The position numbers and the translations under genes were made by a program. Shown here piece by piece: positions 37,201 through 48,659 of a stretch of DNA of 64,000 nucleotides. The notes beneath the pieces were generated by a model. That model was given only the letters and a program-made list of their open reading frames with translations, made no database searches and had not been told where the DNA came from. The DNA is from Podarcis muralis. Its lineage: Eukaryota. Location: positions 25,048,001 to 25,112,000 of the forward strand of contig NC_135667.1 in NCBI RefSeq assembly GCF_964188315.1, given 5' to 3'. Positions within the stretch are counted from its first letter, which is position 1; every line of letters starts with the position of its first letter.

Positions 37201-38399
37201 CTCTGCACGTTGGCCACCCGGGAATTGTCAAAATGAAGGCGTTGGCTCGGTGTTACGTCTGGTGGCCTAATATGGACGATGCCATCACTGCCTGGGTGTC
37301 CGCCTGTCAAGCGTGCCAGGAGTCGAGGCCTGCACCACCGGCAGCTAAGGGATACACGTGGGAGACGCCAAAGACACCCTGGTCGAGGGTGCACATCGAT
37401 CTGGCTGGCCCCTTTCACGGCCGGACCTTTATGGTAGTGGTGGACGCCTATTCCAAATGGCTGGAGGTCGCCCTGATGCCCTCCACCACTACCGAAGCTG
37501 TCATCCGGGTGCTGCGAGGCCTGTTTGCAACGCATGGGTGTCCTGATGTCCTTGTCTCTGACAACGGCCCGCAGTTCACATCAGGCACGTTTGAGCGGTA
37601 TCTTTTGGGACTGGGCATCCGCCATGCCCTAACGGCACCCTTTCATCCATCCAGCAACGGGCAAGCGGAAAGAATGGTGCGCTCGACAAAAGAGGCACTG
37701 GCGCGCCTGGACCGGGGAGACTGGCATGAGCGGGTCGCCGAATACTTGTTCGCGCAACACATCACCCCTCATGCGGCCACAGGGAGGAGTCCTGCGGAAC
37801 TGCTTATGGGCCGCCGCCTCAGGTCACCGCTCGACCGGCTACACCCAGACTTTGCCGTGGCTGAACCCCCAGGCTGTGCCAACGCACCACGGTCATTTGT
37901 CCCAGGAAACCAGGTCTTTGCCCGGAACTATGTGGGGGACATCCCTTGGGTGCCAGCCACAGTAGTGGGAGTCACTGGACCTCGCTCGTACCAGGTGGCA
38001 CTCGAAGACGGGCGCTTGTGGCGACGGCACATAGACCAACTTAGGCGCAGGGTTGGGGACTTGGACACTACCGAGGTGCCCCCAACTGCGCTTGCGGCTC
38101 CAGAAGAGACACGTACAGATGGCGAGGCTCCACCTACACCTCCCTCGCAAACTGCCAGCGTGGAGCCGAACCAAGCCGTCTCAGAACAGACTCAGACCAC
38201 TCCACTTGCGGAGGCTCCACTCACAGCAGCGGATCCAGGGGAGTTGGTTCCAACGCCACCTAGGGTCGCACCACAGCCTCAGCGAGAACTGTGTGGCCCT
38301 CCGGACTTGGCTACCAGTCCCCGGCGGTCTGGCAGAGTTTCCAAGCGCCCAACTCATTTAAAGGACTATGTTGTTGGACAGGTATCACTGTTGGTCTAA
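34287..38399 (+). CDS. Gag-Pol polyprotein, 1370 aa, single ORF
   Basis: Zinc knuckles CAGCGGNHSRAKC and CRRCSRRGHIAKVC; protease DTGS; RT YFDD; RNase H CDAS/TDH; integrase HVGH..CQAC and D-D-E (IDLAG, SDNG, QAER); C-terminal RRS.R..K.P..LKDYV. Confidence 0.96.
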   Translation: MASLVPLPPFAPASESWDSYLARFDCYLQANELTAVSQDRKRGLFLSLCGPEVFATARALVAPEAVQASPWDTIQEKLRNHYAPKPSKIAARHAFYHRNQAEGESINNYTTALRQAAMHCEFRDLDDALMDRIVCGVRDIHLQRRLLAKPDLTLQKAIEEAVASEAAERSAQEIRKSSSLRLAREPVPVHHEEASSEEASSSEDDDVHQTKRERRKFQQKSKGQPECAGCGGNHSRAKCRFRDAICRRCSRRGHIAKVCRSAPSDTPPSSTRKSKSSLQSAKESCFALTNCRCPSGTTIGQTDSPTRRKLNVTVLIEGAPCDMEIDTGSALSIVSWSTIKRLVPRVSKRQLDSHRVHLRDYQGNDVPVVGVGRFRITFKEFSGLLRLVVVEGQRPSLLGLDWFDALGLEVTGINCISNAETEGLVKDFAEVFDGTLGQYTGTPISFSLDPQVAPIKLKPRRVPFALKAKVDEQLDKLIAQGVLEPVDHAKWETPIVTPVKPDGSVRICADYKCTINKALQQHAYPVPVVQHLLHSLGEGKVFAKLDLAQAYQQLPVDDATAEAQTIVTHRGAFRCRRLQFGVSVAPGIFQGLMERLLQGLPGVVPYFDDVLVSADSHQQLFERLRAVLTRFQEAGLKVKREKCQIAVPQVEFLGYLIDASGLHPTTSKIRAIQQAPTPKNKTELQAFLGLLNFYNMFLPHKATVAEPLHRLLSTKTPWAWGHRETAAFNAVKALLSSDSVLVQYSESRPLVLACDASPFGIGAVLSHRFPDGREAPLAYFSRTLSPTERNYSQLDKEALALVAGVKRFHEYLYGRTFDLITDHKPLLGLLAGDRPTPPVLSPRMLRWTVFLAAYHYRLIHRPGKSMGHADALSRCPLPAFVEDPAPASSLLLIEDLPAAPVSAATVASASAQDRTISRVLNWVWRGWPQGPFASEFQPFATRQHELSAHRGCLLWGDRVVIPQGLRQRVLEALHVGHPGIVKMKALARCYVWWPNMDDAITAWVSACQACQESRPAPPAAKGYTWETPKTPWSRVHIDLAGPFHGRTFMVVVDAYSKWLEVALMPSTTTEAVIRVLRGLFATHGCPDVLVSDNGPQFTSGTFERYLLGLGIRHALTAPFHPSSNGQAERMVRSTKEALARLDRGDWHERVAEYLFAQHITPHAATGRSPAELLMGRRLRSPLDRLHPDFAVAEPPGCANAPRSFVPGNQVFARNYVGDIPWVPATVVGVTGPRSYQVALEDGRLWRRHIDQLRRRVGDLDTTEVPPTALAAPEETRTDGEAPPTPPSQTASVEPNQAVSEQTQTTPLAEAPLTAADPGELVPTPPRVAPQPQRELCGPPDLATSPRRSGRVSKRPTHLKDYVVGQVSLLV

Positions 38400-38500
38400 G
38401 TATGGGAAATGTAACCGATATGCTTTTGTGCCTAATTGAACCATTACGCGTAGTGCTGTATATAAGGAAACCATTACGATTGTAACTAACGCCTTATCTC

Positions 38501-38512
38501 GGTGGGGAGGGG
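38501..38512 (+). promoter_or_regulatory. Polypurine tract
   Basis: ggtggggagggg directly abuts the 3' LTR. Confidence 0.88.
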
Positions 38513-38753
38513 TGTTATGTAGTGTAGTTTCACCCTGGGCCAACACTCAGGTCTGTAGATAGTTTTCACTCAGGTCCGCGGCAGTTATTTTAGGCGGGAA
38601 CTCTGGACTGTTGTGGTTACAATGTGACAGCCGGCTGCCTATAAATACAGGCCGGCTGAGCTGTTCACTGTCAGTTCTATTCCAGCTTACCAGAATAAAG
38701 AGCTACTTGAAGAAATCGCTGTGCCGGCTGCTATGTCAACCCACGACTTAACA
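38513..38753 (+). repeat. 3' LTR (241 bp)
   Basis: Identical to the 5' LTR except that it lacks gggggatactgtatatagttttca. Confidence 0.95.
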
Positions 38754-40617
38754 GTCAGCACATGCCAGTTTGATGAGCTGTGGAATGTCACAGAAGAAAT
38801 TATCCAGGATGTTGGCTTGGCAAAAAGGCAGCTGAATGAGAATTCCAATCTGGATAATGGAGTGAGCAAAGCCACCCAACCATGACCCAGCTACCAAACC
38901 TATGCAAACTTCTCTGTTCATTATAACTAAATATTGCAGTGGCTTGTAGATGGCTATGTATCTGTCCACTGCCATCACCACGAGTAAGAAGACCACAGCA
39001 CCCCCAGTTAAATGGAAGAAGAAGATCTGTGCAATACACCAATTGTAGGAGATGGTATGAGTATGGGAGAAGAGGTCCCATAATATTTTCAGTGATGTGA
39101 CTGTTGATTCACTGATGTCTATGACAGCCAAGTTGGCTAGCAAAAAGTACATGGGCGTATGCAGGCTGGGGGTGGTGATCACAGTGACTATAATGGTGAG
39201 ATTTCCCAACCAAGTTGTGCTGTAGACAGTGAGGAAAAGGAGGAAGAGAAGGGACTGTATTCTGGGATTCTGCGAGAAGCCCAGGAGGACAAATTCTGTT
39301 ACTGCTGTGCTGTTCTTCTCCATGTGAGCATCCTACTGAGGCTCACTAAGGACCACTAAAAGTCATGTCATCAAATTACTTCTTCAAACAACTCTTGACA
39401 TACCCATTACAGGTCCCCCACTGTATGCTATGAAATTGCTTATGAGTTTCAGCATTATGTTGTACTAGGAGAAACTGGGGAATCAAAACACAGGGGAGAT
39501 CAAGGTTCAATATGTGATTTATTCAACAGAGGCTCAGCTAATGTCATGAGATAAGCTGAGTCAGGGGCACAGTCCACAAGATTTGGTTTATAAAATCTAA
39601 ATGAATAAGTGTCAATGAAAATAAATAAATACTCCTGATGCCAACGGAATTGTTGTTCATCCACACATCCAGGGACTTGGAACCCTAACAATAAATAAAA
39701 CAAAATAAATGTGATTTTTAAACAAATATAATGTTAATAAGATGTACAAACCGATTTGATAAAGTCAAAGTAGGAACCTGTGCAAAATAATTTCAAGAAG
39801 CAAGAGGAGTGTCTTTGATTCAGACATATAGTGGTTTGGAACCCTACAAACAGTAATAATGATTGGGAAAACTATATTAGTAACACTATAGTGGAGCTTG
39901 CAGAGCTCTCTATTCACCTCTCTGATGAACACATAATAATTTAATAATAATTTATTATTGACACCCCGCCCTTCTGGCTGGGTTTCCCAGTAATGGTGAC
40001 AGTGTCATCCTTTTGGAAATTAGTGTTATCATCATGCATGTAAAATATGCAATAATGATTCAGATCAACTAAATCTGACATAAAAACATCACATGATTAG
40101 TTCAATTTTCAGAAAGATGATATTTTAAGTTTACTTAGTCATTCATGCAAAAAGTCCAGAAGATGTTTTCCAATCCAATCCAATAAATGTCAATAATTAT
40201 TAAGCACATTTACTTTTCTTGCTGCTTTGAAGATATCACAGAAATAGTAAATAACACATAAACAAAGAAATACATATAGGTCAAACTAGGGTCACTTTAT
40301 TTATTTATACCATAAAAACCGCTGCAAAGGAAACACTATTGGTTCGGGAGCAAACCAGAACCTGAAAGAAACTTTAGCTTAGGGCAAAAAAAAAACCCTG
40401 ATGCAAGAACTGGAGGCTTTACTATCCAGCCTTCATCCCATTCCTAGGCCACACCAAGAAGGTGAAGAAGTTAATGTTGTTTGTTATTATTTACTACTTA
40501 TATGCTGAGTGTGTTGGTCCCCCCCCCATAAATGTTACGTTAGATGATATATTAATGTATTGTATGATTCCCCATTCCTTTTCCTCCTTCTCTTATGGTA
40601 TTTTTGTGTCTGTGTGT

Positions 40618-40800
40618 CATAGGAGCCAACTGCTAGGGGCCATGGGGGTTTCACCCACCACAATAAAATATTTGAGGGGGCTAGGCCCCAACAAAGTTAA
40701 TGGGCATCCCCATTCAAATAGTGTGTGTGCATGTACCATTTGATGCATGGCAGGCCTTGCCTGGGCCCCCATAATATTTTATTCAAGTTGGAACTCCATG
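40618..40800. mobile_element. Degenerate MITE (hAT-like?)
   Basis: Imperfect TIRs cataggagccaact ... agttggaactccatg; no TSD recognised. Confidence 0.45.
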
Positions 40801-41192
40801 CATAAGAGGGTCCCAAGGTAGTGCCACATTAAGACCTTTAGAGGCCCTAAGCACTTACAAGATGTTGGTGCCCCCATATATATCAAATTCAAAATATCAA
40901 CAATAATAAACCACGAAATAAAATTTTATTTTTTGAAATGAAACAAAACCTACCATATGATGGAAAATGATGTTTGGTTTTGTATAGCCTTCTGCTTTTT
41001 AGAATTGCAAAGTTTTTGATCAGATCATCAGAACTAATCTTACATAATTTCTGTGCCCCCCCACCTCCTTGGTGCTAATTTTGCTTAATAGTTAATCCAG
41101 CCTTGTCCCCAGGCTAAAACACAACTACTCCCCTTCCCACACCTGAACTTCCCAAAGTGACTAAATTAAAGACCTGGTTCATGTAATCAATA

Positions 41193-41318
41193 TAGGGCTG
41201 CCATATGTTCAGAATTTCCTGGACATAGCCGGGATTCATACATCGAAAATATCGCCGGGGCAGAATTTTCGTAAAGCAGCTAAAACGTCTGGGAAGACTC
41301 AGGAGTATAGCAGCCCAT
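41193..41318. mobile_element. Short MITE-like element
   Basis: TIRs tagggctgccatat ... gtatagcagccca; related fragment near 31915-32030. Confidence 0.45.
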
Positions 41319-41867
41319 ATCGGAAGTGGGTTTTTTGATTATTTTCCTTTAAAAGCCAAGATTTTGCAGTGGGAACCCTAAATTAATAGCATACCAGATC
41401 ATCTAATGCCCACCACCCGATTATTCAGTATGAAGTGGTGAAAAACAACAAAACCCACAAACAAGGTGGATCAGCAAAAAAATTCCTATTTGGCCCCAAA
41501 GCAACCAGCAAGTCACATTGATAGCTCAGACAGGCAGGTGTTGCTGCAAAGAGAAGAGGGAGAGGTGTGGATGCCCAGCTCTTAAACAGGGATGTCTGCC
41601 CCAGCCCCAAGCATAAAACATATGAGTGATGCAGGAGCATCACATAGGCTGTAGCAGCCTGGACAGGCTGCCAATATGGCTTACTGCCCATAGGTGGGAT
41701 ACACAGTAGAACAGGCCTTTAAGGGCAGGGAGAGAGAGAGGGAGGGAGAGAGAGCACTCCTGGGGGTGATTGAAGTCATCTTCACATGCATTGGAATAGA
41801 AAGCAAAATAAATTTTAAAAATGTAGTATATACTTTTAGAAAAACATCAACAAAAGGTGCTTAAGTT

Positions 41868-42833
41868 CTATGTCTTTCTTTCATGAACACACAGTGATGG
41901 TTTTGTCCTTTCAGAAAGCAGAAAATTTCTTGTGAGCTTTCTAATTGTGTTTTTCATCTCAGTGTTACGCAGAGTAAAGATCATTGAGTTCAGCATTGGT
42001 GTTAAAAGGCTGTAGAGGACTGAGGCAACCTTGTCTCCTGGAAATACCTTGAAAGGTCGGTCATAAACAAACATTCCTGGAACAAAGTTTAAGCTCATGA
42101 CCATGATTTGTGCTGCACAGGTGGAAAGAGCTTTGTTCTTCCCTTCTGTGACATGTGCTCTAATCTTCACCAAGATGACAGTGTATGACACAAGCAAGAT
42201 GAAGAAGATCAACGTGAGGAGCAGTCCACTGTTGCAAACCATCAGCAACTCTGGGATATACGTATCAGCACATGCCAGTTTGATGAGCTGTGGAATGTCA
42301 CAGAAGAAATTATCCAGGATGTTGGATTGGCAGAAAGGCAGCTGAATGAGAATTCCAATCTGGACAATGGAGTGAGCAAAGCCACCCAACCATGACCCAG
42401 CTACCAAACCTATGCAAACTTCTCTGTTCATTATAACTAAATATCTCAGTGGCTTGTAGATGGCTATGTACCGGTCGACTGCCATCGCCACGAGTAAGAA
42501 GACCACAGCACCCCCAGTTAAATGGATGAAGAAGATCTGTGCAATGCACCAATTGTAAGAAATGGTATTTGTATGGAAGAATAGGTCCCACAACATTTTC
42601 AGTGATGTGACTGATGATTCACTGATGTCTATGACAGCCAGGTTGGCTAATAGAAAATACATGGGTGTGTGAAGGTTGGGTGTTCTGATAACGCTGATTA
42701 TAATGGTGAGGTTTCCAATCCATGTTGTGCTGTAGACAGTGAGGAAAAGGAAGAAGAGAACAGACTGTACTCTTGGATTCTGAGAAAGCCCCAGGAGGAT
42801 AAATCCTGTCACTGCTGTGCTGTTGTTTTCCAT
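41868..42833 (-). CDS. Olfactory receptor, OR4D5-like, intact, 321 aa
   Basis: Likely start MENNSTAV at 42833, after acceptor cattcaacag|gttgctcacATG; the ORF-track extension to 42938 is intronic; motifs LHTPMY, MAVDRY, KALSTCAAQ, PMLNSMIF. Confidence 0.9.
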   Translation of the reverse strand: MENNSTAVTGFILLGLSQNPRVQSVLFFLFLTVYSTTWIGNLTIIISVIRTPNLHTPMYFLLANLAVIDISESSVTSLKMLWDLFFHTNTISYNWCIAQIFFIHLTGGAVVFLLVAMAVDRYIAIYKPLRYLVIMNREVCIGLVAGSWLGGFAHSIVQIGILIQLPFCQSNILDNFFCDIPQLIKLACADTYIPELLMVCNSGLLLTLIFFILLVSYTVILVKIRAHVTEGKNKALSTCAAQIMVMSLNFVPGMFVYDRPFKVFPGDKVASVLYSLLTPMLNSMIFTLRNTEMKNTIRKLTRNFLLSERTKPSLCVHERKT

Positions 42834-45569
42834 GTGAGCAACCTGTTGAATGATGTAAAAAAGAAGCTTTTTTTTTTTTTTTTTTTTTACAATGATCAGT
42901 AAGGAGCAATAAAAATCATGCCACCAAATATTGTCCAAAGCAACTTATCAAGTACACCTGCCAGAAAATGTTACATATTAGAAGCTCTTCCTGATTCTAA
43001 TGATAATATAGGTCATATAATACACTGGGTAACTTAGCTGGACAAAATTTAAGTCCAAGCTGGTAGTATTGGTAGTATTTATTGGGCTTCTGTTAGATCA
43101 TGTCAAGAGATAACCAATAGTTTCCTATTGTGGCTTGAAGGTTAGAGGCACAGATCATGTTATATTCTAAAGACCAAAACACTAACTATAATATAATATT
43201 TTACCATTGCTTTAGTACTGAAAGTATTGCTAACTCTGCCATGAGTAGAGCTACTACTACTGTTGCTTCTACTCCTAATAGGATGGCAACTCTTGGCACT
43301 CCTGTTACTGTATTTCTTTTGAACACTCTTATAAGCAGGATTCTGTAATCATGGGTTTTTCTTCCATGTTGTTGTTGTAATATCTGTAACAATGTTTATA
43401 GATGTAAGGGAGCTGTACATTGTATCAGTTCTATGTCTGATAGAACATTTAGTTAGTTGGCTGACACATATTCCATTATGTAGCCATTATATTGTTTACA
43501 TTTTGGGGAATTGTAAAGATAATGGAAACATGAGTATCAACTACATTTCCTATGTTGGTCTTCCTCATCGCCATCAAATATTTTTAATGAGCTGCCTAAT
43601 ATGCTAAAATGATAATATGCTGCAAAGTGTATTCATATGAATACACTAACCTATATTTCTATATAGCAAGTTTAATATTCAGATAATAAACAAAAATATT
43701 GTTGAAATTGTTGTTGTTTTTTCCCCTCAGGGGCACGGTTTTAGACCAGAATATTTAATTTTCTACAACTATATTTCTGAACCAACCATAATTTCAATAT
43801 GCTGTTGATGCCACAACATTCTCATTAGCAGAGCATTTTCTAATTACAATTAGAAAAGACCAAGCTGATACAGGAATACTTCCATTTTCTTTCTAGAAGC
43901 ACAGATCCTTTCACTTGGCGGACACCTCTTCAAAGCACACAATTCAGTGCAGATAGCCAGTCAAACCATTCACCACCAACTTTTAAAATAATCAGGATCA
44001 GGCATCCAGAAACTGAAAAAGATCCAAGTTCTTCTTTCCAGAAGCAGATGGGTCCCAGTTGTTAGAGTGCACAACATATTACTCTGAGATCTTTAAAGTT
44101 ATTGTCTTTGGTGACCAGGTGGAGAATAGCTCTACAATATCCTGAATAGGGAACTGGGGCTCATTGTCTCTGAATAACAAATGAGAAAATGGATTTTGTG
44201 CACCTTGCTGGTGTTGGCTATGACCTTCCCTCCTTGGAAAGGAGGCTTGCTACAAACTGAGAATGTAATTCAATGGAAGGGGACTTCATCCTCAATATAT
44301 GTCCTATAAATCATTTTTATCTTCAACATACCTTTAAATGTCATTAGACAACTTATGTAATAGTAAAAGCCAGGAAATATGGACTAGTTCTTTGGAAGTG
44401 GGACCTTCCAAGAAAAACCTTGTGTCCCTTTTCAGCCAAGCACCTCATGATTCTTCAAGAAGTACGCTAGGATCAGAAGTTGATTCTCTTGATTCTCTAT
44501 AATTTCATAGTCCCAGCTTTAATAAATGAACCTTTCAGTTTGTCAGATGGAGTGAAGTTAAGTAGGCTTCTCCCTATACAGAAATCACTAACACCTCCGG
44601 ACATCCTGTGATACCTAAAACAAAAAACCATCACCATCATCATCAACAACAAAACTATTGATTGAACTATGTGCCTAAAGCTACTTAGTACAGCCAAGGT
44701 AATAATAATGCAAAATAATTCCCCAAAAGGCTTGTCTGTGAATCCAGCTGGATTCTTATTAATCAAATAAACAATGGAAGACTCCAGCCACTGCACTCAA
44801 GCTTTATCAGACTTCGGAGAATAACTGTATCTGCACTGTGAATCGGGAACAAAACCACAAAGGGGATCATTAAAGATTTTCAAAGCTACAATCAGCTAAA
44901 TATTGGCACAGACATTACAACAGATATTGTTTCTTTCCTTTTCCTTTTTTTGTGAGCAAGACATACACATACAATTGAACTTACAAGTAATACATAGCTA
45001 CAGTATTCCTGTGTTTTGCACTTACATTGGTCCACGTTTATTAGTTGTTTCTGTTTAAGAATGTATATTTTCAATTTGTTACCTGCTCTGTTCTAAAATG
45101 TGGCTATTTTAGTGGGGGGTTTTATTATTTGACTTTCATTTGTGATATTTTAGGGTATTTTGAACCACGTAGAGATTTTAATAGAAATACAAAGTGGCAT
45201 ATAATTTACCTAAATATATATATATATTTAAAAAAAAATACAGTAAAGCCAGTATGGAAAAGAAGTTTAACAGAGAACCAGTCAGAATGTTTGGACTATG
45301 ACCTGGGAGATGCATATTCAAATCCATACTCATATATGTGGATAACTGGAGGAACGTGGGTCAATCAATATCAGCCTAAACCATCTTACAGGGGCAGTGT
45401 GAACAGCATATATTTAAAGCCCATTATTTCCATGAAATAATATTGTGAACTATAGTTTACTCCTCACAGAGCTACATTTTCAAAACCCTTATCAAGCTAC
45501 ACTTCACAGGATTATATCAAGAAAATAATATGCTTTAAATATTCTTGTGAGAAAGCCTCTCCTCCTTCT

Positions 45570-45941
45570 GGAGGGGAGGGGTTGTGAGCGGGAGACGATT
45601 CCTGTGTCATGCAGGGGGCGCTCCGCTAAAGGAATCCGGCGGTCGTGGATCCTGTCTGATGCCCGTGTGGCTTGGGGGCATGGCATGACCCTCGGTGACA
45701 TCAGGAGAGAGCCTATAGTTGTATTAGCATCAACTGGCTCCACCTTCTGGTGAATAAACCCCCTTTGGGCTCACCCCTCTCCGAGTGGGTGGAGTCTAAT
45801 GTTCCGTGGTCCAATGCCTAAGCCAATACCTTCTCACATGCTGTAATCAATAAAGCTGTGGCCTTTTCCTTACCCATTAACCTTACATACTGTGTCCATG
45901 TGTCTTTATTCCCCAAGCGGGGATCGGGTCCTCGAATCACA
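45570..45941 (+). mobile_element. 3' LTR remnant (45583-45941) with preceding PPT
   Basis: ggaggggagggg(t)|TGTGA...TCACA; aataaagctgtggcc; shares ccaatgcctaagc with the 23835 element. Confidence 0.6.
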
Positions 45942-47239
45942 ATAGGTGCAAGGAGGAGAACCATGTTTACACTTTTTAGAGGGAAAGGGTATGCGTGTGT
46001 GCAGTACACAGAAACTACATAGCTTTGTTGAAAGCCATTTTGTCTTTGTTCAAAATTCTTCAGATCCCTGTTCCATGCTAACACGAGGTCCTGCACTTGG
46101 TTAAAAAAAATTGCTTTAGGTAAAACTCAGTGGCAACTTAGGAATGCATAAACTCACCACATTAAGTCATTTCATACATGTTGTGTCATTGTTTCATGAT
46201 TGCTAGTGAATGGGACAAAGAGAGGCCAAGGCTGGGGTAAAACAAGGCAACAACTTTATCGGTTGTTATTATATTATGTGTTGGCATGGCATACAGGCAG
46301 GGTTCCTGGCATCAGTCAGCTCAGCTGCTGGCTGATGCCTCTCACACACCCATGTCTGTCGACTCAGGACTCAAAGGAGAAGGGAGTGGGCCACATTGAG
46401 AAAGCTATGGTTGACAGGGCCCAACCCATGTCGCTGGTGTGAGGCAACCATTCTCAGCCCCCCTGAGTTGAATCTGAGACTGTACATGACTCCACCCAAG
46501 ACCCCTTATCAGGGTTCCCTTATTTGGCTATGGATTATGGCCCATACTTCTCCCATGCCAAAAATTAAAAGTTGTGACACAGTGTTGCTTCAAACCATTT
46601 TTTTAATTACAAAGCTATATATGTTGTTATAAAGAATATACTAAAAAACAAAGCAAAAAATAATAATATGCAGATACCAATGTCCAAAGTTGGACTTAGA
46701 CATAGATTTGAGGGAGGGCAAAGAATGTATATAACATGCTGTTGAAATGTGTACAAGAATAAAATGTAATTTTAATCTCACATGTAGATAGTGTATCCCC
46801 AATGACTACCTTCCTTTCTGCACCTCTGTCAAAAAGTCACCAACTGTGACAAAGTGTGGGTTCTTTCCAAAAACAACTTCTCTTGAAATTATTCAGATAT
46901 TCCCTCTGAGGAGGAAAATATATAGCCATGATGGATGTTTACTTCAGCTAAAATTGAGTGGCAAATCTAAGAGTACCCATTCTCAGTGAATTTTCAAATT
47001 GGATCACTATAACACTATAACACCATATAACTATAATACTATAACATCTTCAACAGTCCCTGTAAAACCGAGACTATTTTGGGCACTGCAATCTCCCCCT
47101 CCCTCCAAAAAGCGCTTTTTGGGCCCATGTTTTTGGGTCACCCCTCAAAAAAAGTGTCTTTTGGGGCCACAATATTGTGTGAGTTATTTGACTTGTGTGG
47201 GTTAGGGTTCTGAGAACGGCAGTCTCTATGAGTAAGATG

Positions 47240-48187
47240 TCATTTTGATTCAGTTATTTTGAATAACATATTATTCCCAACCAGTTTTCTAATGCTGTTT
47301 TTCATTTCTGTGTTCCTCAGAGTGAAGATTATTGGATTTAGCACTGGAGTGATTGCAGTGTACAAGACCGAGGTTATTTTGTCCACTGGAGATACCTGGA
47401 AAGGGCGGTCATAAATGAACATTGCTGGAACAAAATGTAAGCTCATTACTATGACCTGTGCAGAACATGTAGAAAGGGCTTTGTGCTTCCCTTCTGTGAC
47501 ATGCATTCTAATCTTCACCAAAATCATAGTATATGATACAAGTAAGATAAAAAAGATCAGTGTGAGAAGCAGTCCACTGTTACAAACCATCAGTATTTCT
47601 GTAATGTATGTGTCTGTGCAAGCCAGTTTGATTACTTGCGGAACATCACAGTAAAAGTTGTCCAAAATGTTGGGCCCACAGAATGGTAACTGAAGTACCA
47701 GTGCTACCTGGACAATAGAGTGAGCAAAGCCACCCAACCATGTTCCAATAACCAAGCCTATGCAAGCTCCTTGGTTCATAATAAGTAAATATCGCAGTGG
47801 TTTATAGATAGCTATGTACCTGTCAACAGCCATAACAACTAGGAAGAAGACCACAGCACCTCCAGTGCAATGGAAGAAGAACATTTGGGCGATGCACCAG
47901 TTGTAGGAGATGGAATTTGTATGAGAGATGAGGTCCCACAGCATTTTGAGTGCAGTTACTGTGCAATCACTGATGTCTATCACAGCCAGGTTGCATAAAA
48001 AAAAGTACATAGGTGTGTGGAGGTGGGGTGTGTAAATCACTGTAATTATAATGGTGAGGTTCCCAAGCCAGGTTATGATGTACATTGTGAGAAAGATAAA
48101 GAAGAGAATGGACTGAACCTTTGCACTCTGAGAGAAACCCAAGAGAATGAATTCTGTCACTGTTGTATTATACTTCTTCAGAGCCAT
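47240..48187 (-). CDS. Olfactory receptor, OR4D5-like, intact, 315 aa
   Basis: LHTPMY, MAVDRY, DNFYCDVPQ, KALSTCSAQ, PVLNPIIFTLRN; acceptor ttcctttgcag 20 nt before the ATG. Confidence 0.93.
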   Translation of the reverse strand: MALKKYNTTVTEFILLGFSQSAKVQSILFFIFLTMYIITWLGNLTIIITVIYTPHLHTPMYFFLCNLAVIDISDCTVTALKMLWDLISHTNSISYNWCIAQMFFFHCTGGAVVFFLVVMAVDRYIAIYKPLRYLLIMNQGACIGLVIGTWLGGFAHSIVQVALVLQLPFCGPNILDNFYCDVPQVIKLACTDTYITEILMVCNSGLLLTLIFFILLVSYTMILVKIRMHVTEGKHKALSTCSAQVIVMSLHFVPAMFIYDRPFQVSPVDKITSVLYTAITPVLNPIIFTLRNTEMKNSIRKLVGNNMLFKITESK

Positions 48188-48417
48188 TTGGTGTCCTTAC
48201 AATATAGCTGCAAAGGAAGTAATCATAGTGAGAGCATTTACTTTTTCAATAATAACAAAAATATTTGGAAAAAGAAAGTTTCTTTATGTCCATGATTTAT
48301 TTCTATCAAATGTTCATTGTGAATGGGAAATTCAGTGTTAGTTACAGCAGTGAAATAAAAAGGCCTTTCAGTATTATTTAAAGAACTGGCATCTATGAAG
48401 TAGGCCTGGACCCACTA

Positions 48418-48659
48418 TAGTGGTACCTTGGTTCTCAAGCTTAATCCGTTCCAGGAGTCTGTTCGTCTCCTGAAACCATTCAGAAACCAAGGCATGGGTT
48501 CCAATTGGCTGCTGGAGCTTCCTGCACTCAAGCAAAAGCCGCGTTGGATGTTCAGCTTCTGAAAAACATTCACAAACTGGAACACTTACTTCCAGGTTTG
48601 CGGTGTTCAGGAGCCAATTTGTTCGGCAACTAAGCTGTTTGCGAACCAAGGTTCCACTA
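48418..48659. mobile_element. Tigger-like MITE, second subfamily
   Basis: TIRs tagtggtaccttggtt ... aaccaaggttccacta; TA flanks. Confidence 0.75.

Larger units (their letters stand above)
33827..38753 (+). mobile_element. Full-length Ty3/Gypsy LTR retrotransposon (Mag-like), 4927 bp
   Basis: TGTTA...TAACA LTR ends; 5-bp TSD GTCAG (33822-26 and 38754-58); PBS; PPT; intact gag-pol in PR-RT-RH-IN order. Confidence 0.97.
33459..39323 (-). pseudogene. OR4D5-like gene disrupted by a Gypsy insertion (5' half 38754-39323, 3' half 33459-33826)
   Basis: Removing the element and one TSD gives 933 nt (310 aa + stop) reading ...KLACADTYIPELL..., with no other lesion seen; with the element present the ORF ends ACADC*. 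Confidence 0.93.

Noticed and set aside
34432-37965. Many 60-157 aa alternative-frame and antisense ORFs inside the Gypsy element
   Set aside because: Expected by-products of a GC-rich coding sequence; no recognisable env or accessory protein
42834-42938. N-terminal extension of the 41868 OR with a poly-Lys run
   Set aside because: It translates a poly-T/pyrimidine tract upstream of a clear splice acceptor; intronic. Similar logic applies to the ORF-track starts at 11553, 21125 and 63881
46190-46520. Possible minus-strand LTR-like element (also ~50340-50590)
   Set aside because: No definable ends, TSD or PPT; insufficient evidence
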